A stretch of 64,000 nucleotides of DNA, taken from the IMG/VR virus record IMGVR_UViG_3300032242_002454, positions 1 to 64,000 of that record, one strand, 5' to 3'. The position numbers were made by a program, and so were the translations under genes. Under the pieces are notes generated by a model. It was not told the DNA's origin and made no database searches. It saw nothing but the letters and a program-made list of their open reading frames with translations. Below, one piece after another: positions 56,000 to 64,000 of this stretch. Numbering within the stretch: the stretch's first letter is position 1; every line of letters starts with the position of its first letter.

Positions 56000-56962
56000 C
56001 TAAATAATAACTTCAGTCGTTAATCTTAATGTACACCAATATAAATTTTTATTTCTGCTTTCCATGTCTAAAATTGAGACCTCTTTTAAATAACATCTTT
56101 TCCATCTGTATAATGGATTTAGTACTAAGTCGCAATAATTTTTACCAGTATTATTGATAGAACCTTGATAATTTAAGGGATTTACTCCACTATTTATTAC
56201 TTTTTGAATATCGTATAACCATAAAGTTTTTTGTTTTTGTAGTCGTATAATATCGGCTATTTTATTTTTATCAGAAGAATTTTCTGCAAAAACATGTAAT
56301 AATACATCCTGATTAACAGCAAAATCATGAGCTCCCATTTGCCAAGGTTGAGAATAACTACTAGCAATAGGTTCAATAACTACACAGGGCATTTGAACTC
56401 TATGATTAGAAGATATCTGATAATCACCTTTATCTTTTTGATTAATAGCTGGTGATGGACTATATGTCATACCTTGTAGTTCTACCCAATAAGGATCAGT
56501 ACTACTTTTATATACTTGACACCATCTATAAGCATATTCTAGCTTAACGGATGATCCAGCAGCTAATGGTTTGTCAAATACTACTTGTCCCAGAGGATAA
56601 TTTATATGATAACCTACAGACCCACTACCAGTTGGAGATGGATAAAAATTAGTTCCAATAGTAACTCCAGAAATATTTGTTGGTTGAGTACCATTAAATG
56701 ATACTCCAGTTTCCCACACCCAATCTTTTTTTGGAGTTTGCCATATTTGGCCTTTAGTAAAGCCTGGTTGTTCAGAAATTTTAAGTTCATGAAATGATCC
56801 GCCATATAAGCCACTGGTTGGAATCTTTACATTAACAAAACCTCCTATATTAAGAAATCCCCAATCTAGGAATGTTTTTAAATTTTCTTCTAATTCATTT
56901 AGTAAAGTATTACCACCTAATGAAGTAATAGTATTAAATTTTGTATAGTCTTCACAACTCAT
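56000..56962 (-). CDS. Putative tail terminator/completion protein
   Basis: Immediately upstream of the tube gene; RVQMPCVVIE...QDVLLHVFAE...IADII resembles tail-terminator folds. Confidence 0.5.
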   Translation of the reverse strand: MSCEDYTKFNTITSLGGNTLLNELEENLKTFLDWGFLNIGGFVNVKIPTSGLYGGSFHELKISEQPGFTKGQIWQTPKKDWVWETGVSFNGTQPTNISGVTIGTNFYPSPTGSGSVGYHINYPLGQVVFDKPLAAGSSVKLEYAYRWCQVYKSSTDPYWVELQGMTYSPSPAINQKDKGDYQISSNHRVQMPCVVIEPIASSYSQPWQMGAHDFAVNQDVLLHVFAENSSDKNKIADIIRLQKQKTLWLYDIQKVINSGVNPLNYQGSINNTGKNYCDLVLNPLYRWKRCYLKEVSILDMESRNKNLYWCTLRLTTEVII

Positions 56963-57606
56963 ATGTTTTTCTCAATTTCTGTTTGTATCATAGTTGGAAT
57001 TTTGTTATCGTCTAATTTATCTAATGCTCTAGTTACCCAGTTATTAGTAGATGTTCCAGCAAATTCTGGAGGAACTCTCCAATTTTCTTTTGCTGGTTTC
57101 ATAATAGCTAATCCTGTTCTAGAATATGGATTAGGACCAACCTGAACGGTATAGTTTTTTACAATAATTTTACTACCATATAATAATAGCCACTCTAGCC
57201 ATGGTAATACAGCTTTACTCAAACCATCAAATACTAAAGCACTATCACTAGTTAAAACATCTTCATAATTAGACTTAATCATATTGATACTAAAACCACC
57301 TTTTAGACCAGATCCATTCAACGTAATTGGATTAACATTAACAACTACATTATTGGTCCATATATGAACTATTTCATTAACTTTTTGAGCAGCTTCTGGG
57401 ATACCGAATTCATATCTTAGTCTACCGGATATTAAAGATTGATATTCCGGTTCAGATACTATAGCTTTATAAATTTCAGCTGGTATAGTTTTGGCTAATA
57501 CCAGACGAGCTTTATAAAATGCAGTCTGTAAATGGTCTTTGATGCTATCTAGAACCATTCTTTGGATAGTGGCATCAGATTCTAATAGTTTTAATGAAAA
57601 TTCCAT
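56959..57606 (-). CDS. Putative neck/tail completion protein
   Basis: ATG 57606 follows the upstream stop (TAAAATG), so the track start at 57699 is likely too long. Product inferred from synteny. Confidence 0.5.
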   Translation of the reverse strand: MEFSLKLLESDATIQRMVLDSIKDHLQTAFYKARLVLAKTIPAEIYKAIVSEPEYQSLISGRLRYEFGIPEAAQKVNEIVHIWTNNVVVNVNPITLNGSGLKGGFSINMIKSNYEDVLTSDSALVFDGLSKAVLPWLEWLLLYGSKIIVKNYTVQVGPNPYSRTGLAIMKPAKENWRVPPEFAGTSTNNWVTRALDKLDDNKIPTMIQTEIEKNI

Positions 57607-57607
57607 T

Positions 57608-58141
57608 TTAGGCCCTCGACCACATTGTAATAATATATCTGTTTTCTCCAAATCCGCATGGTTGTGGATCGCCAGCGGTAACGTAGGTATAACCACCATA
57701 ATTTGTTAAATTTTTATCTATTGTGATATATTGGGCATTTTTAATTTTAGGCAATAGCATTATTGGACATATAGTTTGAATCATACCATCTACAATATTG
57801 ATAGAATCATTCTTAGGAGACCAATCAAACCAGTATTTACTGTCAAATAGTACTGCTAAATAAACTAATTCTTCTTTAGACTGATCAATGAAACCATATC
57901 CATTACAAACTGGGCAAATGGTATCAGTAGTAAAAGAAACTGGTCCTGTTCCATTATATCTGTTGGCTGATCTGACAGAAATGGGGTCAAATATACAGTT
58001 ATTGCATGGGTTATTGTTAGAAGAACCATAGGATATAAGACACGGGACTGTTAGTCCAGTGTTAGACAATATTGCGTCTATGGCTTGATTATATAAGTTT
58101 TTATAACCGGCTGATATTACGCCTTCAAAAGGATTAGCCAT
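57608..58141 (-). CDS. Putative head-closure/neck protein with CxxC pairs
   Basis: ATG 58141 with AAGGA SD; CNNC and CPVC; beta-barrel-like C-terminus (YVTAGDPQPCGFG..RYIITMW). Confidence 0.5.
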   Translation of the reverse strand: MANPFEGVISAGYKNLYNQAIDAILSNTGLTVPCLISYGSSNNNPCNNCIFDPISVRSANRYNGTGPVSFTTDTICPVCNGYGFIDQSKEELVYLAVLFDSKYWFDWSPKNDSINIVDGMIQTICPIMLLPKIKNAQYITIDKNLTNYGGYTYVTAGDPQPCGFGENRYIITMWSRA

Positions 58142-58185
58142 ATTAATTATCCTTAGAGTGAAAATACTAATATAAAGTACACATT

Positions 58186-59130
58186 TTACCAACCACTATG
58201 AGCAGAACGTCTCCAGGTATTATTACCTACACAAATATATAGATAGGATGAATCCCATACTATATCTCCAGGATTTCCAGAAGAAGACGAAGAAGCTATC
58301 ATTCTGTAAGGTATATTTGTAACTGACCTAGAAAAATCTACAATATCAGATAAATAGTGTTTATGTCCACTAATAGAATAATTACCAACAGGTTGTGGAA
58401 TATAACTTAACGCTCCACTAATATCTGTGAAAGATAAAGTAACTGTGCCAGATCTGGCATTAAACGATGTTACCCCACTATTTCCCAAAGAATCAACAGT
58501 GATAGTCTTAGAATTATTATCATAATAAATATTAGTATATCCGCTACCAACAATATTTAGTCTTTCATTAGTGGAATAATAAATTGCTGGTGATTTACCA
58601 TCTCCAATAACTAGATTGTGAAGATGACTACTATAGGAATATGATCCACTAGGCTGTTTGCTATCTAATGTTGTTTGGAGATCCGTAATTTGATCTATAG
58701 TATGATGATGTCCATTTACGCTATAGTCTCCAGATACTTGTGGAGTATAACCAAGCCTACTGATAATATTGGGAGCAGTTAAAAAGCTAGAACCTGATTT
58801 GGTATCAATAACTAAGCTACGAGCAGTATTATTATACGAAATAGTTGTATCACCTGAACCTACAACATTGAGATATTGTCCACTAGATAAATTAATAGCT
58901 ACCCTTGGGTCTGCTCCATCTGCTATGGATAGATAAATTTCTGGGAAATTAATAGTTATCGGAGGAATATCCACATATGACAAACCAGACCAGCTAGTAA
59001 CCCCATCTCCAATTTTTAAATATCTAGATTCGGTTTCATATCCTGGCTCTCCTAAAGCTAAAATAGGATTAGAAGCAATCCATTCTCCACTAGCTGCTCT
59101 TCGTAGTCTAATTCTTCGATAATCACTCAT
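58186..59130 (-). CDS. Fibre protein with Mtd/hyaluronidase-type N-terminal domain and HxH repeats
   Basis: IRLRR...W..SNPILALGEPGYET...LKIGDGVTSW..L.Y N-domain; two internal repeats ending GHHH/GHKH; C-terminal GNPGDIVWDSSYLYICV..NTWRR. Confidence 0.75.
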   Translation of the reverse strand: MSDYRRIRLRRAASGEWIASNPILALGEPGYETESRYLKIGDGVTSWSGLSYVDIPPITINFPEIYLSIADGADPRVAINLSSGQYLNVVGSGDTTISYNNTARSLVIDTKSGSSFLTAPNIISRLGYTPQVSGDYSVNGHHHTIDQITDLQTTLDSKQPSGSYSYSSHLHNLVIGDGKSPAIYYSTNERLNIVGSGYTNIYYDNNSKTITVDSLGNSGVTSFNARSGTVTLSFTDISGALSYIPQPVGNYSISGHKHYLSDIVDFSRSVTNIPYRMIASSSSSGNPGDIVWDSSYLYICVGNNTWRRSAHSGW

Positions 59131-61565
59131 AGTTTTTTAACTCCGAAAATTAAACCAGTTACTTGTGGGACCAACCAGTTTTCTTGTGTAATTGGGTTTT
59201 GATTCACATAATATTGATATGTTTTATAGCTTGTTTTATTAACAGTTTGTATCGGGCCCACTTCCACATAGTCATCTGCTTTAGTTTTAAATGCTGAAAG
59301 CGGTACACTAAAATTAGTTAGATAACGATTTACTCCCGAAGTAATTCTATACTCATCTATATATCCGTCTTTACCAATACTGAGATATGGTTTAGGACCA
59401 TAAGAAGTATCTAAATAAGAAGATATCTCTGATCCAGCATCTGGTAATGTATAGATAGTATTAAAGGTTCCTGTAGATTCAGAGTCAATACCTAAGAAAA
59501 AATTTCCACTGGTAGAAAGTTTATACGAATTACCAGCCTGACCATCAAGATAACATACTATATGATTACCAGAACTTCTTGTAATAGCAACATGATGCCA
59601 AGCTCCTGTGGTTGCTACATTAGGGAAAAATAATTGTCTAATAACTTTATGTGGATTGTAATAATTAACATAATCAGATATATACTGAATTCCACTAATA
59701 TTAGTATTAAAAGAATATTGTTTTGAATTTATATCAGTTGGAGATACTGATGAGACAGCATCAACTGCTGGTAATTGAACTTTATCAAATAAAGAGATAG
59801 ATGTTCCGCTATTGGTAAAATACACCCACGATTCTATTGTAAAAAGAGAAGTTGATAAGTCTGGATAATTCAAATATATGTAAGAGTTTTGATTGGGAAA
59901 ACTAATGCTACGAGCACCTATTTTACTAAGTGAAGCTGTGGTAGTTGTTGATCCATAAAGATTAAGAGACCTTGGATTTATTGCATTATCTACTATAGGA
60001 TTAGAATCTCCATGTAAAAGCAATGTTACGTTGGGTTCATAGCTATCACTTTGTCCAGAATACATTACATTGATAAATTTAGTATCAAGATATTTTTTAC
60101 GAGCACTATTATAAACTTTCATTCCTCCGACAGCATCATTAAAATTAGTTCTCCAAACAGAATCAGGATCAAATGAACTATATATGGTATTCAACTGATA
60201 GTTAGGTTTACTCATTTTTATAGCATCTATATTACCACTAACAATAGTTTCTATATTATTACCATCAGCATCTGGCATTAAAAAAGCTCTCCTATGACTA
60301 CTATAATCATAGTATGTATATCCACCATCAGTAGTTTTGGTAATAGAACGAACAGCGGGATCTTTATACCATTTTAATAAACCATCTGATGATCCATAAT
60401 TATCTACCAAACTACCACTAACTCCGGGATAGATAGACATAATTTTAGCCGAGCTCCCTATCCAATAAGATGGAGGCGGGTCAGCATTATCTACTAAAAC
60501 TAAGTCATCTAATAGCCAAACTCTTCCTCTCATATAATACCAAGAATCTTTCCACAAATCCTCTCCTTGAGTAGAGGCTGTTATTCCATTCATAATAGAA
60601 CTAGAATATGTACGATTATAAAAACGTAAATTATTAAAATTAAAACCACTAATTGGTAAGCTAGTACTCCAGGATTCTTTAAGAATTGTTGGATCAGGAT
60701 CCACAACTTGTAAATTAATATCTTCAGCATTAATATACAGTAATACTTGACTAGCAGATTGATCTATAGAAAACTCTAAATGACACCATCTGCTAATCAT
60801 AGAACTAAAGCCGTCACCAGCATTTGTATCTGCTATTGTTAATATTTTATTTGTATTAGTATTAAGTACAGAAGCTATCTCATATCTATTTATGAGATTA
60901 GAAATATTAAGATCAAAATAGCCTAAAATATTATTATTTTGCTGTATTTCTAAAGCTAGTGTCTCTTTTTTATTATTTATTGTTGTTAGATTATCTCCAG
61001 TTATTTTAACAACATTAATTGTTAAACAAGGAAGATTGCCGCTATTGAAACTAAATAGTGTGTGTCTATACGGATAAGTTGAATAATCACTATGTTTGGA
61101 TTCTAAACCAAGACATCTCATTGATAGATATGAAATATTTCCTGATGCAAGAGGGAATCCGCTGGCTTGTAAGTATGTTGGTGTTTCTAAATTATTAGTA
61201 TCTTCTATTTGTATATTGGTAAATGCAAGAAATCCAGGTGGACTTCCAAAACCAGGGTATGAATTTTTAGAAAAATAATTTGTATAATATCCATTAGAAA
61301 AACTGGCTCTATTATCTGTATATCTTCCACTAGGAAGTAGTCCATTAATAGATGTTGGAGTAGAGTACTTATATATGAAAGCTAATTTATCTACACCTAT
61401 ATTGTTTCCAAATATTCCATCCATAGCTTGATCTTCTATAGTAGTTGGAGCATATCCTCCAAAAGCATATTTAGGAAAATGATTAAATTGAGTAGACCAA
61501 TACTTAGGGTCTAGCTCATTTAAGAGTACTCCTTTATCAAAGCCTTCAAAAAATAAAGTAGACAT
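59127..61565 (-). CDS. Virion protein with concanavalin A/LamG-like domain
   Basis: LLLHGD, FTIESWVY, WHHVAITR...YLDG, GYIDEYRITSGVNRY; AGGAG SD. Confidence 0.8.
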   Translation of the reverse strand: MSTLFFEGFDKGVLLNELDPKYWSTQFNHFPKYAFGGYAPTTIEDQAMDGIFGNNIGVDKLAFIYKYSTPTSINGLLPSGRYTDNRASFSNGYYTNYFSKNSYPGFGSPPGFLAFTNIQIEDTNNLETPTYLQASGFPLASGNISYLSMRCLGLESKHSDYSTYPYRHTLFSFNSGNLPCLTINVVKITGDNLTTINNKKETLALEIQQNNNILGYFDLNISNLINRYEIASVLNTNTNKILTIADTNAGDGFSSMISRWCHLEFSIDQSASQVLLYINAEDINLQVVDPDPTILKESWSTSLPISGFNFNNLRFYNRTYSSSIMNGITASTQGEDLWKDSWYYMRGRVWLLDDLVLVDNADPPPSYWIGSSAKIMSIYPGVSGSLVDNYGSSDGLLKWYKDPAVRSITKTTDGGYTYYDYSSHRRAFLMPDADGNNIETIVSGNIDAIKMSKPNYQLNTIYSSFDPDSVWRTNFNDAVGGMKVYNSARKKYLDTKFINVMYSGQSDSYEPNVTLLLHGDSNPIVDNAINPRSLNLYGSTTTTASLSKIGARSISFPNQNSYIYLNYPDLSTSLFTIESWVYFTNSGTSISLFDKVQLPAVDAVSSVSPTDINSKQYSFNTNISGIQYISDYVNYYNPHKVIRQLFFPNVATTGAWHHVAITRSSGNHIVCYLDGQAGNSYKLSTSGNFFLGIDSESTGTFNTIYTLPDAGSEISSYLDTSYGPKPYLSIGKDGYIDEYRITSGVNRYLTNFSVPLSAFKTKADDYVEVGPIQTVNKTSYKTYQYYVNQNPITQENWLVPQVTGLIFGVKKL

Positions 61566-61645
61566 AGCATCTCCTAGACCGGATTATATTATTTAATGTT
61601 ATCATTATAATGGTCAATATAGTCCTAATAGTTTAATACACCGGT

Positions 61646-61837
61646 TTAAATGATTGAAATCTCTAAGTCGCATGGCAAATTGTATAATAAAACTTCAACG
61701 GATACATACGATACTATAGCTATTTCATTAGGCTTAGTATATGTTAATAAATCATTAGATAAATAAGAATGATAGAGTCTAAAAATCTCTCTATCTTGAT
61801 ATGATAAAGGATATCCAAAAAATGGAGGTAAAATCAT
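61646..61837 (-). CDS. Small hypothetical virion-module protein (63 aa)
   Basis: AAGGAG SD upstream; on the coding strand between fibre genes. Confidence 0.7.
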   Translation of the reverse strand: MILPPFFGYPLSYQDREIFRLYHSYLSNDLLTYTKPNEIAIVSYVSVEVLLYNLPCDLEISII

Positions 61838-61848
61838 TACTATTCTCC

Positions 61849-63003
61849 TTATTCTGGACCACCATTTGCATCTGTGGTATCCCCAGATATTATGATAGTA
61901 TTATCTCCAGCCTTTACTAGGGTAGCAACAGAAAACTGTCCTACCAGTTTGGAGTGACCTAACCTGTTCGATAATCCATTACCAGATAGTCTTACTTGGC
62001 CAGAACCCAGTTGAGAAATCAAGCAATTAAATCCTAAAGACAGGTTATCACTAAAGGATACATTGATAGCACGAATATTATTAGTAAAAGTCAATACTTT
62101 ACCATTATCAGCTTGAGATATGGTATAGCCAGACGAGGATATTGTCTGCAATGATGCTGAGAATCTTGTTAATTCACCATCTCCGAGAGATTGAGTTCCT
62201 GTAAAGCTATTCCCTCCATTTAGTTTGGCAAAAATACCGGATGACAGTGTCGATATGTCTCCGAGACCTAAAGTAGTTCGTTGAGCAGAGGCCGATGCGT
62301 CATTAATTAGTAATTTGCCAGCATCAGTTATAGATATGGTTCCATATTTATCTACTCCTGTACCACAGATAAGTTTATTTTGAATAATAGAAAGATTGCT
62401 GAGTTCACTAAGTCTACTATTATAAGCCTGTACATTTGTACCAATTGTTAGTCCAGTGACTGATATAGTTAAAGTATTCAGATCCTGGTCTGCATAACTT
62501 AATTGAAGATTATTTCCGGGTTGTAATAAATTAGCTACCCTATCATCTACTGACTCATTAAAATTATCGATTTCGCTTGAATTGTGATGGTGTCCTAACT
62601 GAGAATATTGAGAACTTAAACTATCTGATGAAATACTGATAGTTTTAGTATTAGGAATAAATGAAACAACAGTACCTCCAGCGCCCTCAATATTAAGAGT
62701 ATCATTTTCTCGAATAGTAATAGTACCAACATTCAGTTTGGTTAGACCAGTTCCCGGTGGTCCCTGTAAACCCGATGGCCCAATTGGTCCGGCTGGACCG
62801 CTTGGACCGATTTCTCCTGGCAAACCGCTTGGTCCAGTTAATCCAGTCAAACCTCTTTCAACATAAACAACGCTTACAGTATTGTCAAAGCCATCTATAA
62901 TATTTAAATTTGTAGTAATAATTCCAGTACTATCAGAACCATCAGTAGACTGATTAATTACTAAAACTTTTTGAGATGGTGGTATTATATTAACAGTAGC
63001 CAT
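61849..63003 (-). CDS. Fibre protein with collagen-like G-X-Y segment
   Basis: Twelve G-X-Y triplets (62746-62853), GHHH motif, ARTTLGLG fibre motif, and a typical phage fibre C-terminal beta domain. Confidence 0.75.
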   Translation of the reverse strand: MATVNIIPPSQKVLVINQSTDGSDSTGIITTNLNIIDGFDNTVSVVYVERGLTGLTGPSGLPGEIGPSGPAGPIGPSGLQGPPGTGLTKLNVGTITIRENDTLNIEGAGGTVVSFIPNTKTISISSDSLSSQYSQLGHHHNSSEIDNFNESVDDRVANLLQPGNNLQLSYADQDLNTLTISVTGLTIGTNVQAYNSRLSELSNLSIIQNKLICGTGVDKYGTISITDAGKLLINDASASAQRTTLGLGDISTLSSGIFAKLNGGNSFTGTQSLGDGELTRFSASLQTISSSGYTISQADNGKVLTFTNNIRAINVSFSDNLSLGFNCLISQLGSGQVRLSGNGLSNRLGHSKLVGQFSVATLVKAGDNTIIISGDTTDANGGPE

Positions 63004-63018
63004 AATTAAATACTATCC

Positions 63019-63999
63019 TTATGGTGAAGTTAAGTTTACTGTTTGTGTATCAAAACCAGTATCATCATATACTTTAAGACTAAAATTACTAGTATTTCTC
63101 CAATCATATCCTATAGAATTAATACCAGATAAAGTAATAGAGAGTCTGTCTGTACTACTGTTATAGTTATCGGTCATATCTTGAATATTTAATTTTCGAG
63201 TAAAGTTACACATATTGCCATTGATTAAGATTTCTGGAGTGTTGCTATAAACAGGTCTTAATCCTCCCTCAATTTCAAAACTAAGACTCCATGCTCCATT
63301 ATTTTTACTAATATTAGGATTAGGCAATATGATCTGAATAGGTTTATTGATAAATAATGGATATTCTACTGTATATTTCTTTGGAGTTAAACTTGTTCCT
63401 GAAAAAGCTGGTAGGTTAGGGTTTTCTAAAGATATCATTTTATAGATATAGTCTTTATATAGTCCAATTGGAGTGCCACTCAAGCTAAATCTCCATTCTC
63501 CTTCTTTATTCGAATAGGCAATATTTCTTATTTGAATTTGATCATAGTAATTTTTTCTCAAATCATAAAAACCAGAAACAAACAATCCGCTCATAAAAGG
63601 ATAATTACTAGGCCCACTAAAAGAAGCAGTCAGCGTTGTACTATTACCACCTACAATAGATAGCTTATAATTAGAGGGTAAAATGCTATTATTTTCAGTA
63701 GATGCAGAACTACCATCTAATATATCAATATAATCTCCAACACTATAAGTAAGATTATTGTGATTGATAGTAACTGTTCCATTGTTAACTGATTGTATAA
63801 CACACTTATCAGATGCTATTACTAACCCCGAAACAGAAAGTCCTTGGCGCTCAAAAGGTAGACTAATTGTATTAGCATATGTATTACTTAATACTATACC
63901 AGTTGAAAAAGATAAATCGCCACTAAAGGTAAGTAAAACGTAATTATTAGAATCAAAACCTGCTGGAAGAGATATATTAATTTTTTGTCCATTAACACC
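63019..63999 (-). CDS. C-terminal part of a larger Ser/Asn-rich virion protein (5' truncated by window edge)
   Basis: The frame of track ORF 63019..63594 stays open to nt 63999 (GVNGQKINISLPAG...), so the Met at 63594 is internal. Confidence 0.75.
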   Translation of the reverse strand, partial: GVNGQKINISLPAGFDSNNYVLLTFSGDLSFSTGIVLSNTYANTISLPFERQGLSVSGLVIASDKCVIQSVNNGTVTINHNNLTYSVGDYIDILDGSSASTENNSILPSNYKLSIVGGNSTTLTASFSGPSNYPFMSGLFVSGFYDLRKNYYDQIQIRNIAYSNKEGEWRFSLSGTPIGLYKDYIYKMISLENPNLPAFSGTSLTPKKYTVEYPLFINKPIQIILPNPNISKNNGAWSLSFEIEGGLRPVYSNTPEILINGNMCNFTRKLNIQDMTDNYNSSTDRLSITLSGINSIGYDWRNTSNFSLKVYDDTGFDTQTVNLTSP

Positions 64000-64000
64000 A

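Noticed and set aside
58186-59130. Diversity-generating retroelement suggested by the Mtd-like N-terminal domain
   Set aside because: No reverse transcriptase, template repeat or adenine-variable repeat pair is seen in the window; this N-domain is common in ordinary fibres.
63019-63594. Stand-alone 191-aa gene as given in the track
   Set aside because: The frame is open to the window edge, so this is the C-terminus of a longer gene.
1-64000. tRNA, rRNA, integrase, transposase or capsid/terminase genes
   Set aside because: None were recognised. Intergenic gaps are almost all under 90 nt and show no cloverleaf; head genes presumably lie beyond the right edge.

Overview
AT-rich segment of a large tailed dsDNA bacteriophage genome. 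It uses the standard genetic code (TAA, TGA and occasionally TAG as stops) and has two convergent blocks that meet at 17151-17167. The + strand (1-17167) carries replication and modification genes: DnaB-like helicase (3' part), DnaG primase, dNMP kinase, a PD-(D/E)XK exonuclease with an apparent ATT start, and a DnaE-type polymerase split without inteins into two genes with a DEDDh exonuclease between them. These are followed by SSB, a seven-gene glycosyltransferase/nucleotidyltransferase-like cluster, an HTH-Vsr-like endonuclease, a Rad52-like annealase and a membrane-anchored YfaP/DUF2135-like protein. The - strand (17151-64000) carries virion genes: fibre/adhesin proteins, putative neck and tail-completion proteins, a putative tail tube, putative chaperones, a 5022-aa tape measure protein (TMP), a beta-roll tail fibre, tail-tip proteins and a 2.7-kaa Cys-rich protein. 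Two observations stand out. (1) The dnaE N-chain has a 10-nt out-of-frame gap (TAGGTGGGCT, 3460-3469) that splits the PHP motif HVHS|MYSLLDG and lies in a 15-bp hairpin, so it is a candidate programmed ribosomal bypass or stop-restart element. (2) The TMP looks like a polyprotein: repeated GG-x-x-Y-A-x-x-G / GTDTVPAMLTPGEFV units delimit cargo domains (P-loop kinase plus TxGH nucleotidyltransferase, restriction-endonuclease fold, HExxH metallopeptidase, duplicated membrane helices). All calls come from reading motifs by eye; no database search or folding computation was run. No tRNA, rRNA, CRISPR array, intein or reverse transcriptase was seen. The host cannot be determined from this window.
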